Under the pieces are notes generated by a model. It did not search any database and had not been told where the DNA came from. It worked only from the letters and a program-made list of their open reading frames with translations. 33,782 bases of DNA, taken from NCBI GenBank assembly GCA_016285415.1, contig JAEEQU010000002.1:1-33782 (forward strand). Reading direction: 5' to 3'. This DNA comes from Alphaproteobacteria bacterium (GTDB lineage: Bacteria > Pseudomonadota > Alphaproteobacteria > Rs-D84). The translations under genes and the position numbers were made by a program. Shown here piece by piece: positions 25,274 to 33,782 of the stretch. Each line of letters begins with the position of its first letter. Position 1 is the stretch's first letter.

Positions 25274-26458
25274 TTACTTTTTAGCAATCAAAATCATAAT
25301 GGAAAGTATCCCCACCGCCGCGGTCACAAACCACACCGCCGATGTTACACCAAACAGTGTAATGCATGCCGCACCAACAATTGGGGCAATCACACTGGGC
25401 AAATTGACACTTGTTCGGAAAACCCCATAAAATCTTGTTTGTTGTGCTTTTTTTGTATTATCAAAAAATAACAAATCGTGTACCGGTTCCATAAATGCCC
25501 CCGAAAATTGCCACAGTATAAATATGGCCAGCAATGGATATCCACTTGCAACAGTTGCCCAAATGGAAAATGCTGCGAAACTGCCAAATCCCAATATTAA
25601 CCATAACTTTTTACCGAATCGCCGCACCAGACGCCCCATCACTTCGGACAATAATAAATACGGGATTATACCGATGGTTAGAACCGTCCCCAATGTATCT
25701 TTGCTAAATCCATTTTCTATGACCACAATGGGTACATATAAAAACCGCATCGCGCGCAGTGAATAAAAACCAAAGTTAATCAAATATGCACGCAACATAC
25801 CTGGGGTTCTGAAAAACAATATTGCATTACGAATCAATGAACGCACTGTGCGTCGCGGACTCATTGGTTTAATTTGTTTGTCTTCTTGGACAATGCGGAA
25901 ATATTTAAAGAACATCCATGCCGCCAAATAAATCGCCGAAGATAAAAAGAACGCCGCCCTGTTACCATGACGTGTTGCAACTATAACCGCCAACATTGGC
26001 GCAAATAGTGCCCCGATATTCGTCCACAGATGATAACGCGAATTAAGGCGCGCCATCCCTGTATCACCCGCAAAATCAGACATAAACAATGGTATCAACA
26101 TCGCAGACAAAGTTATTGCAAAACCACTGGTATAATCCAATACAACAAATGTTCGCGGCAATACCGAAAATCCCATCATGGCGTAACACGCAACCAACAT
26201 TAACAATGCAAAATAGAAAACCTTAACCTTGGAAAACTGGCGGAATATCTCGTTTGCGAACAATGCCACAATCATACAAAACACCGAATAAATCGCGACA
26301 TAAATACCAACAATAGCAGAATTTCTGAATATTTCTAATATAACAAGTGAATAAACCGCATTGTAAATACCATCGGCAAACCCAGTAAACAAACCCAAAT
26401 TTGCAAATGAAAAACCGCTAACCGAACTGCGCGCAGAAATATATTTATCTTTGGCCAT
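25274..26458 (-). CDS. MFS transporter
   Basis: About 394 aa with about 12 predicted TM helices in a 6+6 arrangement and a basic loop between them. Start set at ATG 26458 (MAKDKYIS...), preceded by GGGGGGA. Substrate unknown. Confidence 0.8.
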   Translation of the reverse strand: MAKDKYISARSSVSGFSFANLGLFTGFADGIYNAVYSLVILEIFRNSAIVGIYVAIYSVFCMIVALFANEIFRQFSKVKVFYFALLMLVACYAMMGFSVLPRTFVVLDYTSGFAITLSAMLIPLFMSDFAGDTGMARLNSRYHLWTNIGALFAPMLAVIVATRHGNRAAFFLSSAIYLAAWMFFKYFRIVQEDKQIKPMSPRRTVRSLIRNAILFFRTPGMLRAYLINFGFYSLRAMRFLYVPIVVIENGFSKDTLGTVLTIGIIPYLLLSEVMGRLVRRFGKKLWLILGFGSFAAFSIWATVASGYPLLAIFILWQFSGAFMEPVHDLLFFDNTKKAQQTRFYGVFRTSVNLPSVIAPIVGAACITLFGVTSAVWFVTAAVGILSIMILIAKK

Positions 26459-26530
26459 AAAAAATCCCCCCAACATACTATTTGGTATTTTTTTATATGA
26501 TACCACAATTTCGGGGGAATCGCAAAGGCA

Positions 26531-26558
26531 CAAAAAACGCACCAAATGGTGCGTTTTA
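26531..26558 (-). terminator. Rho-independent terminator after secB
   Basis: Hairpin ACGCACC-AAAT-GGTGCGT (26537-26554) flanked by an A-run and a T-run. On the minus strand it is followed by TTTTTTG, 2-3 nt after the secB stop. Confidence 0.55.
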
Positions 26559-26559
26559 A

Positions 26560-26997
26560 TTATTTTGCTTCTTGCTTTTGATTTCTTTTTTCATACAAAT
26601 CTGCAAAATCAACCTGTTGCATCGCAAATGGTGGGAATCCAGATTCCGCAGTCAAACGCGTTACCAATGCACGAACCGCCGGGAACAACAATGTCGGAAC
26701 ATCAATCAACAAAGTCCGTTTCTTTGCATCTTCGTCTTTTTCTTCTTCCATCTGAACAAGGCCAGAATATGTCGCCTCTATTAAAAAGATAGATTTCCCA
26801 TCTGCTTTTAATTTGGAATGAATTTTTGTAATCAAATCAACCATAAACAGATTCTTTTCAGATCCTTTGACCTGCATATCTATATTGATTTCCAATTCTG
26901 CCTGACCATTGTCCTGCTTAAAGAACAAATCTGGTACGTTTGGGCTTTCAAAAGAGATGTCTTTCAAAAATTGAGATATGATATTGAACTTTGCCAT
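26560..26997 (-). CDS. secB: Protein-export chaperone SecB
   Basis: 145 aa. N-terminal FNIISQFLKDISFESPNVP and LLFPAVRALVTRLTAESGFPPFAMQQVDF are typical SecB blocks. Confidence 0.9.
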   Translation of the reverse strand: MAKFNIISQFLKDISFESPNVPDLFFKQDNGQAELEINIDMQVKGSEKNLFMVDLITKIHSKLKADGKSIFLIEATYSGLVQMEEEKDEDAKKRTLLIDVPTLLFPAVRALVTRLTAESGFPPFAMQQVDFADLYEKRNQKQEAK

Positions 26998-27079
26998 TAC
27001 GATTGCTCCTTTTTTTATGACCAGTTTTATGATAATATAACACTAAAGAGGAATTTTACAAGTGGGGGAGACAAATAAA

Positions 27080-28186
27080 ATGAAATACAAGTTTCCAAGG
27101 GTTATTTTTCGTGGTCTAAGTGCCATATTTTTAGGTGTTTTATTAACTTCGTGCGATTTATCCACCCCGACACATACTGGTAACGATTCGGTATTTCCAT
27201 CGGGTAATTTGCGCGCTGTTTCGTATTCGGAACTGCCTGATTGGGACAAAGACGATGTCAGATATGCACTTCAGGCATTTCGCAATTCATGTAAAGCAAA
27301 AATACAATACAATGGTCGCGTAATCCCCGACCGCGCATTATTTGAAGAAAAATGCAATATGTTACCCAGTGCCAGTGCCGACAATGCAACTGTGCGGGCA
27401 TGGTTTGAATCAAACTTTCAACCATACAAAGTATTTAATGAAAATGGCGGGTCCAAGGGAACATATACCGGATACTATTCACCGGTTATCCCAGGGTGCC
27501 GAACCAAAACCGCCGAATGCAATGAACCATTGATGGGCATTCCGACCGACGGCACAAACTTCAAAGGCGTACCAAAGAAAAAGATTGTTGAAAATAAAAT
27601 TGGGCGCGTTCTGTATTGGGCGAATATCGTTGATGTTCAAAATATTCAAATCCAAGGCAGTGGTATGTTAAAATTGTCCGATGGCAAAATGGTTAAATTA
27701 AACTTTGCCGCGGTAAACGATATGCCATTTAAATCCATTGGTGAACAATTGCGTAATCGTGGTATTCGACCCGAAGGTGGCTATTCTGCCGATGCCGTAT
27801 GGAAACATTTAAAGAAAAATCCAAAACTTGCTAAAGAAGTTATATACAACAACCCACGCTATGTATATTTCTATGAATCTGTGCCACCAGATGTGATTGG
27901 AAAACTTGGGACACCGCTTTCAAAAATACGCAGTGTTGCAATGGATGATTCGCTGTATACATTGGGATTGCCCGTGTACATCAATACGAACCTTTCCAAC
28001 GGCCAAAAATTTAGACGTCTTATGATTGCCCAAGATACCGGCAGTGCAATCCGCGGTTGGATACGTGCTGACATATTCTTTGGCAAAGGTGACGAAGCAT
28101 ACAATTATGCCCACGGTCAACATGCCCAGGGCGAAATGTATATCCTTATGCCAAAAGAATATAGTTATGTCAAACCAAGAAAATAA
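27080..28186 (+). CDS. mltA: Membrane-bound lytic murein transglycosylase A (lipoprotein)
   Basis: Lipobox LLTSC. MltA-domain blocks (GYYSPVI...). C-terminal 3D domain with AQDTGSAIRGWIRADIFFG. ATG 27080, with GGGGGAG 9 nt upstream, is preferred over GTG 27062. Confidence 0.85.
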   Translation: MKYKFPRVIFRGLSAIFLGVLLTSCDLSTPTHTGNDSVFPSGNLRAVSYSELPDWDKDDVRYALQAFRNSCKAKIQYNGRVIPDRALFEEKCNMLPSASADNATVRAWFESNFQPYKVFNENGGSKGTYTGYYSPVIPGCRTKTAECNEPLMGIPTDGTNFKGVPKKKIVENKIGRVLYWANIVDVQNIQIQGSGMLKLSDGKMVKLNFAAVNDMPFKSIGEQLRNRGIRPEGGYSADAVWKHLKKNPKLAKEVIYNNPRYVYFYESVPPDVIGKLGTPLSKIRSVAMDDSLYTLGLPVYINTNLSNGQKFRRLMIAQDTGSAIRGWIRADIFFGKGDEAYNYAHGQHAQGEMYILMPKEYSYVKPRK

Positions 28187-28502
28187 ATTTGATCCAAATG
28201 AACGCGCCGCACGTCCGCAAACAATTGCCGGCGTGTTGGGTCGTTTTTTCAAACGAATTGGTGTGCGTGCATCTGATTCTGATTTGGTCGCACGCTGGCC
28301 AGATATAATCGGCCCAGAAATATCAAATTTGGCATCTATTTGCGCAGTAAAAAAAACACGTTCTGGTGGATACAATATTGTTTTACGGCCAAAAAATCCG
28401 GCGCATACACTAAAATTATCGTATATGACCGAAGAAATAAAAAAGAAGATAAATAATTATTTTGGATCCACCTGCGTTGAAAAAATAACATTCAGGAAAT
28501 AA
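28167..28502 (+). CDS. DUF721-domain protein (DciA-like family)
   Basis: 111 aa from ATG 28167 (MSNQENKF...). The pattern IAGVLGRFFKRIG...LVARWPDIIGPEISNLASICAVK...NIVLRPKNPAHTLKLSYMTEEIKKKINNYFG...VEKITF matches the DUF721 layout (W..ivG...a.h..p). It overlaps the mltA 3' end by 20 nt. Confidence 0.62.
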   Translation: MSNQENKFDPNERAARPQTIAGVLGRFFKRIGVRASDSDLVARWPDIIGPEISNLASICAVKKTRSGGYNIVLRPKNPAHTLKLSYMTEEIKKKINNYFGSTCVEKITFRK

Positions 28503-28504
28503 AT

Positions 28505-28996
28505 ATGGCAACACGCATTTTGGGCATAGACCCAGGGCTTTTACATACAGGTTGGGCGGTAATTGATACCGCCGGTTCATCCCGTCATTATGTGGCCAGT
28601 GGTGTTATATTACCCAAGAAAACTGGTCCACTGGCCGAACGTCTTGCCATTATTTTTAACGAGGTTTCAAAACTCTGCGATACATTTTCGCCAAATGAAT
28701 GCAGTATGGAAATAACCTTTGTAAATAAAAACCCAACAACAACACTTATACTTGGACATGCACGCGCCGCGGCAATGGTTGCTATTGCGGTCAAAGAGAT
28801 TCCGATATCTGAATACGAACCAAATCGCATAAAAAAGATTTTAACAGGCGGTGGACATGCCGACAAAACGGCGGTTGATAAAATGGTACGTATATTATTG
28901 CCAACGGCGAATCCGAAAACCGCGGACGAAAGCGATGCTATCGCAATCGCATTGGCCCACGCAAACACAACAAACTTCGCAAAATTTATTTCATAA
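28505..28996 (+). CDS. ruvC: Crossover junction endodeoxyribonuclease RuvC
   Basis: 163 aa. ILGIDPGLLHTGWAVID (catalytic Asp), SMEITFVNKN (Glu), and DESDAIAIALAHA (catalytic Asp pair). Confidence 0.93.
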   Translation: MATRILGIDPGLLHTGWAVIDTAGSSRHYVASGVILPKKTGPLAERLAIIFNEVSKLCDTFSPNECSMEITFVNKNPTTTLILGHARAAAMVAIAVKEIPISEYEPNRIKKILTGGGHADKTAVDKMVRILLPTANPKTADESDAIAIALAHANTTNFAKFIS

Positions 28997-29036
28997 CAAA
29001 ACTTTTTATATCATCATTTATTTTTTGCTTAAAATA

Positions 29037-29065
29037 TTGACAATTTGTATAATTTGTCTTATATT
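29037..29065 (+). promoter_or_regulatory. Near-consensus sigma70 promoter (TTGACA-17-TATATT) for the orphan gene
   Basis: TTGACA 29037-29042, exact 17-nt spacer, TATATT 29060-29065. Followed by a roughly 45-nt leader and RBS AAAGGGAG before ATG 29118. Confidence 0.55.
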
Positions 29066-29117
29066 ACAATTATACGAAACAGAAACTAGTATAATTTTAT
29101 AACAAAGGGAGTAGAAA

Positions 29118-29576
29118 ATGGCAAAAATACAAGAAATTGGTTTTCACGCAACATTTTTAGTTCCAACCTATGATTTAGGTGATAAAACAAGATTTATTAC
29201 CACCCAAAACGCATATTCAATTGATAACAAAGCTTATAAATCAATAGATGTTTGGCTGATTCAGGCTGTTGAAGGTCAAGAAACAGAATCTATGTTACAA
29301 TCTTTAAGACAAGAACAATTAAATGGCGAAAAAGAAATACGACGCACAAAAAAAGACGCAAGTTTACCTGCATACGAAAAAGATAAAAGAATAGGTTTTC
29401 TTAGACATTATGCAAAACTGATGAAAACCTATTTAACAGATTATTATCGTGGCGATATGCAACACACGCCAGATCCAGAATTTATAGATATTGCAAAATC
29501 TAATCTGGCCACCATAAATTGTAATGTGGACAAGGCAATATATTTATGTGGAATAAGTCATCTTATTGAACGATAA
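29118..29576 (+). CDS. Hypothetical protein (orphan, 152 aa)
   Basis: Strong RBS (AAAGGGAGTAGAAAATG). No signal peptide or TM. Charged central region (EQLNGEKEIRRTKKD). No family recognised. AT-rich, with 4 of 8 Arg codons AGA. Confidence 0.6.
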   Translation: MAKIQEIGFHATFLVPTYDLGDKTRFITTQNAYSIDNKAYKSIDVWLIQAVEGQETESMLQSLRQEQLNGEKEIRRTKKDASLPAYEKDKRIGFLRHYAKLMKTYLTDYYRGDMQHTPDPEFIDIAKSNLATINCNVDKAIYLCGISHLIER

Positions 29577-29578
29577 AA

Positions 29579-29605
29579 AGCGGGCGCAAATGCGCCCGTT
29601 TTTTT
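29579..29605. terminator. Bidirectional rho-independent terminator (orphan gene / yebC)
   Basis: CGGGCGC-AAAT-GCGCCCG hairpin (29581-29598), with AAAAAG upstream and TTTTTTT downstream. It lies between the convergent stops at 29576 and 29624. Confidence 0.75.
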
Positions 29606-29623
29606 ATCATACCAACCACTAAA

Positions 29624-30340
29624 TTATGCCGCGGCGGTAAATACTTTTTGAACATCGTCGTTGGCATCCAATGCATCAACAAGACGTTCAACTTTTTCCC
29701 ATGTTTCTTCATCAACATCCATCGGCATATTTGGAATCCATGTCAATTCCGCGCTTTCTGGTTCACCCAAAACATCTGCGATTTTCTTTTGAACATTCAT
29801 AAAATCGTCTGGTTTTGTTGTGATGATAAAACCCTCTTCGGTTGTTTCCAAATTATCTGCATCCGCGTCCATAATGATTTCCATCATTTCATCTTCGGTT
29901 TTACCAATAGACGATGGATACAAAATTTGGCCGGCACGTGTGAACATAAATGCAACACTGCCCTCTTCGCCCATATTACCACCATGCTTGGAAAAGATAT
30001 TACGAACCTCTGGCACGGTGCGACGTGGATTATCGGTTAATGCCTCTACAATAATTGGCACTGCACCTGGACCGTAACCTTCGTACCGAACAGAAACATA
30101 ACTTTCGGTATTTGAACCCGATGCCTTTTCAATTGCACGTTTAATATTATCATTCGGCATAGAATTTTTACGTGCCTGTAAAATAGCCAAACGTAGGCGC
30201 GGGTTATTATCGGGATTTTTATCACCCAATTTCGCCGCCATAGTAATTTCACGCGCCAATTTTGTAAACAAACCACTGCGCGCTGCATCCGCCAGCCCCT
30301 TTTTGTGCTGAATATTATGCCATTTGCTGTGTCCACTCAT
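29624..30340 (-). CDS. yebC: YebC/PmpR-family DNA-binding transcriptional regulator
   Basis: 238 aa. N-terminal MSGHSKWHNIQHKKG and the family-wide conserved architecture. Confidence 0.93.
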   Translation of the reverse strand: MSGHSKWHNIQHKKGLADAARSGLFTKLAREITMAAKLGDKNPDNNPRLRLAILQARKNSMPNDNIKRAIEKASGSNTESYVSVRYEGYGPGAVPIIVEALTDNPRRTVPEVRNIFSKHGGNMGEEGSVAFMFTRAGQILYPSSIGKTEDEMMEIIMDADADNLETTEEGFIITTKPDDFMNVQKKIADVLGEPESAELTWIPNMPMDVDEETWEKVERLVDALDANDDVQKVFTAAA

Positions 30341-30343
30341 AAT

Positions 30344-30372
30344 TTGACCTTTTTATTTTATTAGATTAAAAT
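30344..30372 (+). promoter_or_regulatory. Putative sigma70-type promoter for ruvA (TTGACC-17-TAAAAT)
   Basis: TTGACC 30344-30349, 17-nt spacer, TAAAAT 30367-30372, then RBS AAAGGA and ATG 30394. Confidence 0.45.
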
Positions 30373-30393
30373 AACTGGGATAAAGGATAGCAA

Positions 30394-30969
30394 ATGATTG
30401 GAAAATTGCAAGGCATTGTTGATTATATTGGCGATGGGTTCATTATTTTGATGGCGGGTCCCGTTGGATATCGGGTCTATACCCCAGAAACATTGACCCC
30501 AAAAGCTACCGTTACCCTGTGGATTGAAACAATTGTCCGCGAAGATTCAATTCGTCTATTTGGGTTTTCTGCGCTTGCCGGGAAAAACCTGTTTAATATG
30601 CTGACCAGTGTATCTGGTGTTGGTCCAAAGGTTGCATTGGCAATTATGGGGACAATCAAAACCGATACATTGATGACCGCAATTGCAACAGGGGATGCAA
30701 AAACTATCGCAACCGCCCCAGGCGTTGGCAAAAAAATGGCCGAAAAGATTATTGTTGAATTAAAATCCAAGGTCGGCGGCGCATCATTTGATTTTGGTGC
30801 ATCCGATTCGGGTGGCGCGTTGCCTGATTTGCTGTCTGCATTAGAATCGTTGGGATATCGCCGTATGGATATTGTTGAAATGGCGCAGAAACTGGTTGCA
30901 CAAAATCCAGATGCCGACATATCAAAACTTGTTCCAATGGCATTAAAGGAAATCAGTGGCAATAAATAA
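30394..30969 (+). CDS. ruvA: Holliday junction branch migration complex subunit RuvA
   Basis: 191 aa. MIGKLQG start, OB fold, HhH motifs GVGPKVALAI and PGVGKKMAEKI, C-terminal domain III. Confidence 0.92.
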   Translation: MIGKLQGIVDYIGDGFIILMAGPVGYRVYTPETLTPKATVTLWIETIVREDSIRLFGFSALAGKNLFNMLTSVSGVGPKVALAIMGTIKTDTLMTAIATGDAKTIATAPGVGKKMAEKIIVELKSKVGGASFDFGASDSGGALPDLLSALESLGYRRMDIVEMAQKLVAQNPDADISKLVPMALKEISGNK

Positions 30970-32267
30970 TGACAAATAACGACACAATTTTTGCACTATC
31001 AAGTGGACGCGGAAAATCTGGCGTTGCGGTGATTCGTATTTCTGGGGATAATCTTGAACCTTTTGCCGAAAAAATTATTGGCCACACGCCAGTACCACGG
31101 CATGCGTATTTTACGAACCTGACCGACGATATGGGCGAAATAATTGACCAATGTGTTGTTCTATACTTTGCCGCACCAAACAGTTTTACCGGCACCGATA
31201 TTATTGAAATTCAATCACATGGTGCACCGGCGGTAATACTTAAAATATTTGAATTTCTGCGTGGGTCTGGCATGCGCATTGCAACGCCCGGCGAATTTTC
31301 ACGTCGCGCATTTTATAATGGTAAAATGGATTTATCAGATGTTGACGGTCTGGTCGCACTATTAGATGCACAAACCGACAAACAACGCATCAGTGCATTA
31401 AAATCTATGATGGGCGGCGACAGTGATATTTATACCGAATGGCGCAATCAAATGTTAAAAATATCGGCATACGCCGCCGCCATGACAGATTATAATTCAG
31501 ACGATTTACCTGGTGATATAGACACAACAATTAACGAACATATAAAAACGCTCTATACGGCGGTATCTGCCGCATTGGGCAAATATAAAACATCACGCGC
31601 AATTACATGCGGGATTAATATCGCAATTGTCGGCGAAACAAATGTTGGTAAATCATCACTGTTTAATCGTATTGTTGGTTCTGCCCGTGCAATTGTATCT
31701 GATATTCCGGGAACCACGCGCGATGTCGTGTCGGCGACAATGGATATCGGTGGATATATGGTAAATATATCCGATACGGCGGGTATTCGTGATGCAACCG
31801 ATACAATTGAACGAATCGGCATAGAACGTACCGCATCAGAAATTGAAAATGCCGATATAGTGATTCATGTAATAAATCCAAACGATAAATATACCAAGAT
31901 TAAATCGGATGAAATCTTGGTTATAAATAAATCGGATACAACCAACATACATAATTTTGATGATGCAATTTATACGTCGGCAAAAACAGGCGATGGCGTT
32001 GCCGATTTAATGTCAGAAATCAAAAATCGTATAACCCAGATAACAGGAAACGGCGAATCGGTTTTAATGATAAATGCCCGCACATACGACCTTGTCAAAA
32101 CCGCCGCAGACGAATTAAAGAACGCGATGGAACTATCAAATGGCGATTACGATATCTTGTCCGAACATGTCCGCTATGCCGCCGACGCAATCGGCAAAAT
32201 ACTTGGGGTCATCGGCACAAACGAAGTACTGGATATGACATTTTCACAATTATGTTTGGGGAAATAA
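30969..32267 (+). CDS. mnmE: tRNA modification GTPase MnmE (TrmE)
   Basis: 432 aa. N-terminal DTIFALSSGRGKSGVAVIRISG. G domain GETNVGKSSLFN, DTAGIR, NKSD. C-terminal CLGK motif. The ATG overlaps the ruvA stop (TAATG). Confidence 0.95.
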   Translation: MTNNDTIFALSSGRGKSGVAVIRISGDNLEPFAEKIIGHTPVPRHAYFTNLTDDMGEIIDQCVVLYFAAPNSFTGTDIIEIQSHGAPAVILKIFEFLRGSGMRIATPGEFSRRAFYNGKMDLSDVDGLVALLDAQTDKQRISALKSMMGGDSDIYTEWRNQMLKISAYAAAMTDYNSDDLPGDIDTTINEHIKTLYTAVSAALGKYKTSRAITCGINIAIVGETNVGKSSLFNRIVGSARAIVSDIPGTTRDVVSATMDIGGYMVNISDTAGIRDATDTIERIGIERTASEIENADIVIHVINPNDKYTKIKSDEILVINKSDTTNIHNFDDAIYTSAKTGDGVADLMSEIKNRITQITGNGESVLMINARTYDLVKTAADELKNAMELSNGDYDILSEHVRYAADAIGKILGVIGTNEVLDMTFSQLCLGK

Positions 32268-32294
32268 AAAACGGTCGCAATCTGCGACCGTTTT
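32266..32294. terminator. Bidirectional rho-independent terminator (mnmE / acyl-CoA ligase)
   Basis: A-run, then CGGTCGC-(AATCT)-GCGACCG hairpin (32272-32290), then TTTT. It lies between the convergent stops at 32267 and 32308. Confidence 0.7.
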
Positions 32295-32307
32295 CACTAA
32301 CCACCCT

Positions 32308-33782
32308 TTATTCTTTACGAATCGGATATTTACCATCAATTAGATTCTTGCGAACGACGTGATGTTTTACCTTTTGCGTACTGGTCATCGGCAAATCTTC
32401 GGTTGTCATCGCAAAGTGCGTCACCCATTTATAAGATGCGACCTTTTTGTTTGCTGCGGCGACCGCTGCGGACAATTTTTCCATTGTCATGCCCTCTTCT
32501 ACGCTAAACACACCATACGAAACGGTTTTATCTTTGATTTTATGTTCAAACACCGCAACATTTTTAACCCCCGGAATAGTTATGAACAATCCTTCTAATT
32601 CGTCTGGGTAGACATTTTTACCACTGTCCAAAACAATCACTTGTTTTTTACGACCGGCAAAATGCAATTCACCGTTTTTATCCATTGATACCATATCACC
32701 GGTATTAAAGAACCCGCGTTCATCAAATACATCCTTGTTGGCTTCTTCATTATTCATATATCCACCAAAGACCTGATTCCCCTTTAACCATAAAATGCCA
32801 ACCCCATCTGCATTTTTATCACGAATTTCAACAACGTTATTTGATGTTGGCCCACCAAACGCAAACGGCACACGACCCTTGCATGGTTTGGAAATACAGA
32901 TTGGTCCAACGGTTTCGGTCATACCATACCCTTGGATAAATCCAAGCCCCAGTGATACAAAGAAATTTTCAATTTCTGGTTTTGTTGCCGCACCACCCGC
33001 AACCAACAGTTTTGCACGTCCACCAAAGATATCCAAAATTGGTTGCTTTACTTTATCAACAAGTTTGCCCAAACCGATCTTGCTTAACAATTTTTGATGT
33101 TTCATTATAAACGAGAACAAGAACCATTTATGCTTTGCCTTGATTCCGTCAATAATTTTGTTGCGGAAAACTTCAAACAACCGTGGAACCGCCGGAATGA
33201 CATGCGGACGATATTTTTTGAAATCCGCCATCAATTCTTTTGGGTTAATTGTTGGCTGAAGCAAAACACCTGCACCATATTGCACTGTTGCCAAAACTTC
33301 TACGGCAAACCCGAATACGTGATACATCGGCAAGAACCCATACAAAATATCACCTGAGGTAATATATTCACGCATATCCAACAAAGATTTTGCACACTCT
33401 GTTAAATTATAATGTGTCAGTGGTACAACCTTTGGTGTACCGGTTGACCCTGATGTAAATGATAATGTTGCAATTTCCGAATCTGGCAAATCTGCCGGTT
33501 TAAGTTTCGGATTTACATCCCCATCATCCGCCGTAATATCAATAAATGTGAAATTATCTGTCTTGTAAAAGAACGATTTTTCCGCACAAACAAATTTGCA
33601 CTTGGTTATTTTCGCCATATTGTCATATTCAAATGGCGTTAAGTTGGTATCCAGTAATAAAACCTTGCCACCCAAAAACCAAATTGCAAATAACGTTATT
33701 GGAAATGCGGGAATATTATGTGACAAAATACCAACAACATCGCCCGATTTCACCCCCGCATCATGCAATGTCGCCGCACGAC
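32308..33782 (-). CDS. AMP-dependent acyl-CoA synthetase / long-chain-fatty-acid--CoA ligase (5' end beyond window)
   Basis: AMP-binding motifs FTSGSTGTPKVV, GYGMTET, and FNTGDM...GRKK. The reading frame stays open to the window edge (...RAATLHDAGVKSGD), so the TTG start in the ORF track is probably internal. Confidence 0.85.
   Translation of the reverse strand, partial: RAATLHDAGVKSGDVVGILSHNIPAFPITLFAIWFLGGKVLLLDTNLTPFEYDNMAKITKCKFVCAEKSFFYKTDNFTFIDITADDGDVNPKLKPADLPDSEIATLSFTSGSTGTPKVVPLTHYNLTECAKSLLDMREYITSGDILYGFLPMYHVFGFAVEVLATVQYGAGVLLQPTINPKELMADFKKYRPHVIPAVPRLFEVFRNKIIDGIKAKHKWFLFSFIMKHQKLLSKIGLGKLVDKVKQPILDIFGGRAKLLVAGGAATKPEIENFFVSLGLGFIQGYGMTETVGPICISKPCKGRVPFAFGGPTSNNVVEIRDKNADGVGILWLKGNQVFGGYMNNEEANKDVFDERGFFNTGDMVSMDKNGELHFAGRKKQVIVLDSGKNVYPDELEGLFITIPGVKNVAVFEHKIKDKTVSYGVFSVEEGMTMEKLSAAVAAANKKVASYKWVTHFAMTTEDLPMTSTQKVKHHVVRKNLIDGKYPIRKE

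Noticed and set aside
1-33782. Scan for tRNA, rRNA or tmRNA genes, CRISPR repeats, IS or transposase genes, integrases flanking the AT-rich patches, and direct repeats bounding them.
   Set aside because: No intergenic gap exceeds about 150 nt, and none shows cloverleaf-like or repeat-spacer structure. The only recombinase is housekeeping-type xerD. I found no flanking direct repeats by eye, although a computational repeat search would be more reliable.

Overview
Gene-dense 33.8-kb chromosomal segment, about 35 CDS with short intergenic gaps, from a moderately AT-rich Gram-negative bacterium. The organism call rests on LptF/G, an outer-membrane barrel, SecB and MltA. Gene content and order look alphaproteobacterial, possibly host-associated, but that is inference only. 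Most of the window is housekeeping: ftsK, PAP2 phosphatase, S41 peptidase-like, yajC-secD-secF, mutL, greA, lptF/G-family permease, xerD, J-domain protein, trxB, serS, typA, recA, MFS transporter, secB, mltA, DUF721, ruvC, yebC, ruvA, mnmE, and a 5'-truncated acyl-CoA ligase at the right edge. I found no rRNA, tRNA, CRISPR array, transposase or integrase-bounded element. Three AT-richer patches interrupt this backbone. (1) A translationally coupled pair of orphan genes (15818-16853, minus strand) sits between serS and typA, with its own near-consensus promoter and a shared terminator. (2) A six-gene surface-polysaccharide cluster (18883-24128) lies between typA and recA. It encodes an RgpF-like protein, three glycosyltransferases, a Stealth hexose-1-phosphoryltransferase and a Nudix hydrolase, in two convergent arms whose stop codons are 1 nt apart. 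(3) A single orphan gene (29118-29576) with a consensus promoter and a strong terminator is inserted in a rearranged ruvC/yebC/ruvA locus that lacks ruvB. The best candidate for an undescribed system is the two-gene orphan cassette. I cannot assign it a function from sequence alone. Other points of note: an S41 peptidase homologue whose catalytic Ser/Lys appear substituted, a Q/N/S/T/Y-rich low-complexity segment in the outer-membrane protein, a possible leaderless start for the polysaccharide arm, and a 43-aa membrane ORF coupled to xerD.
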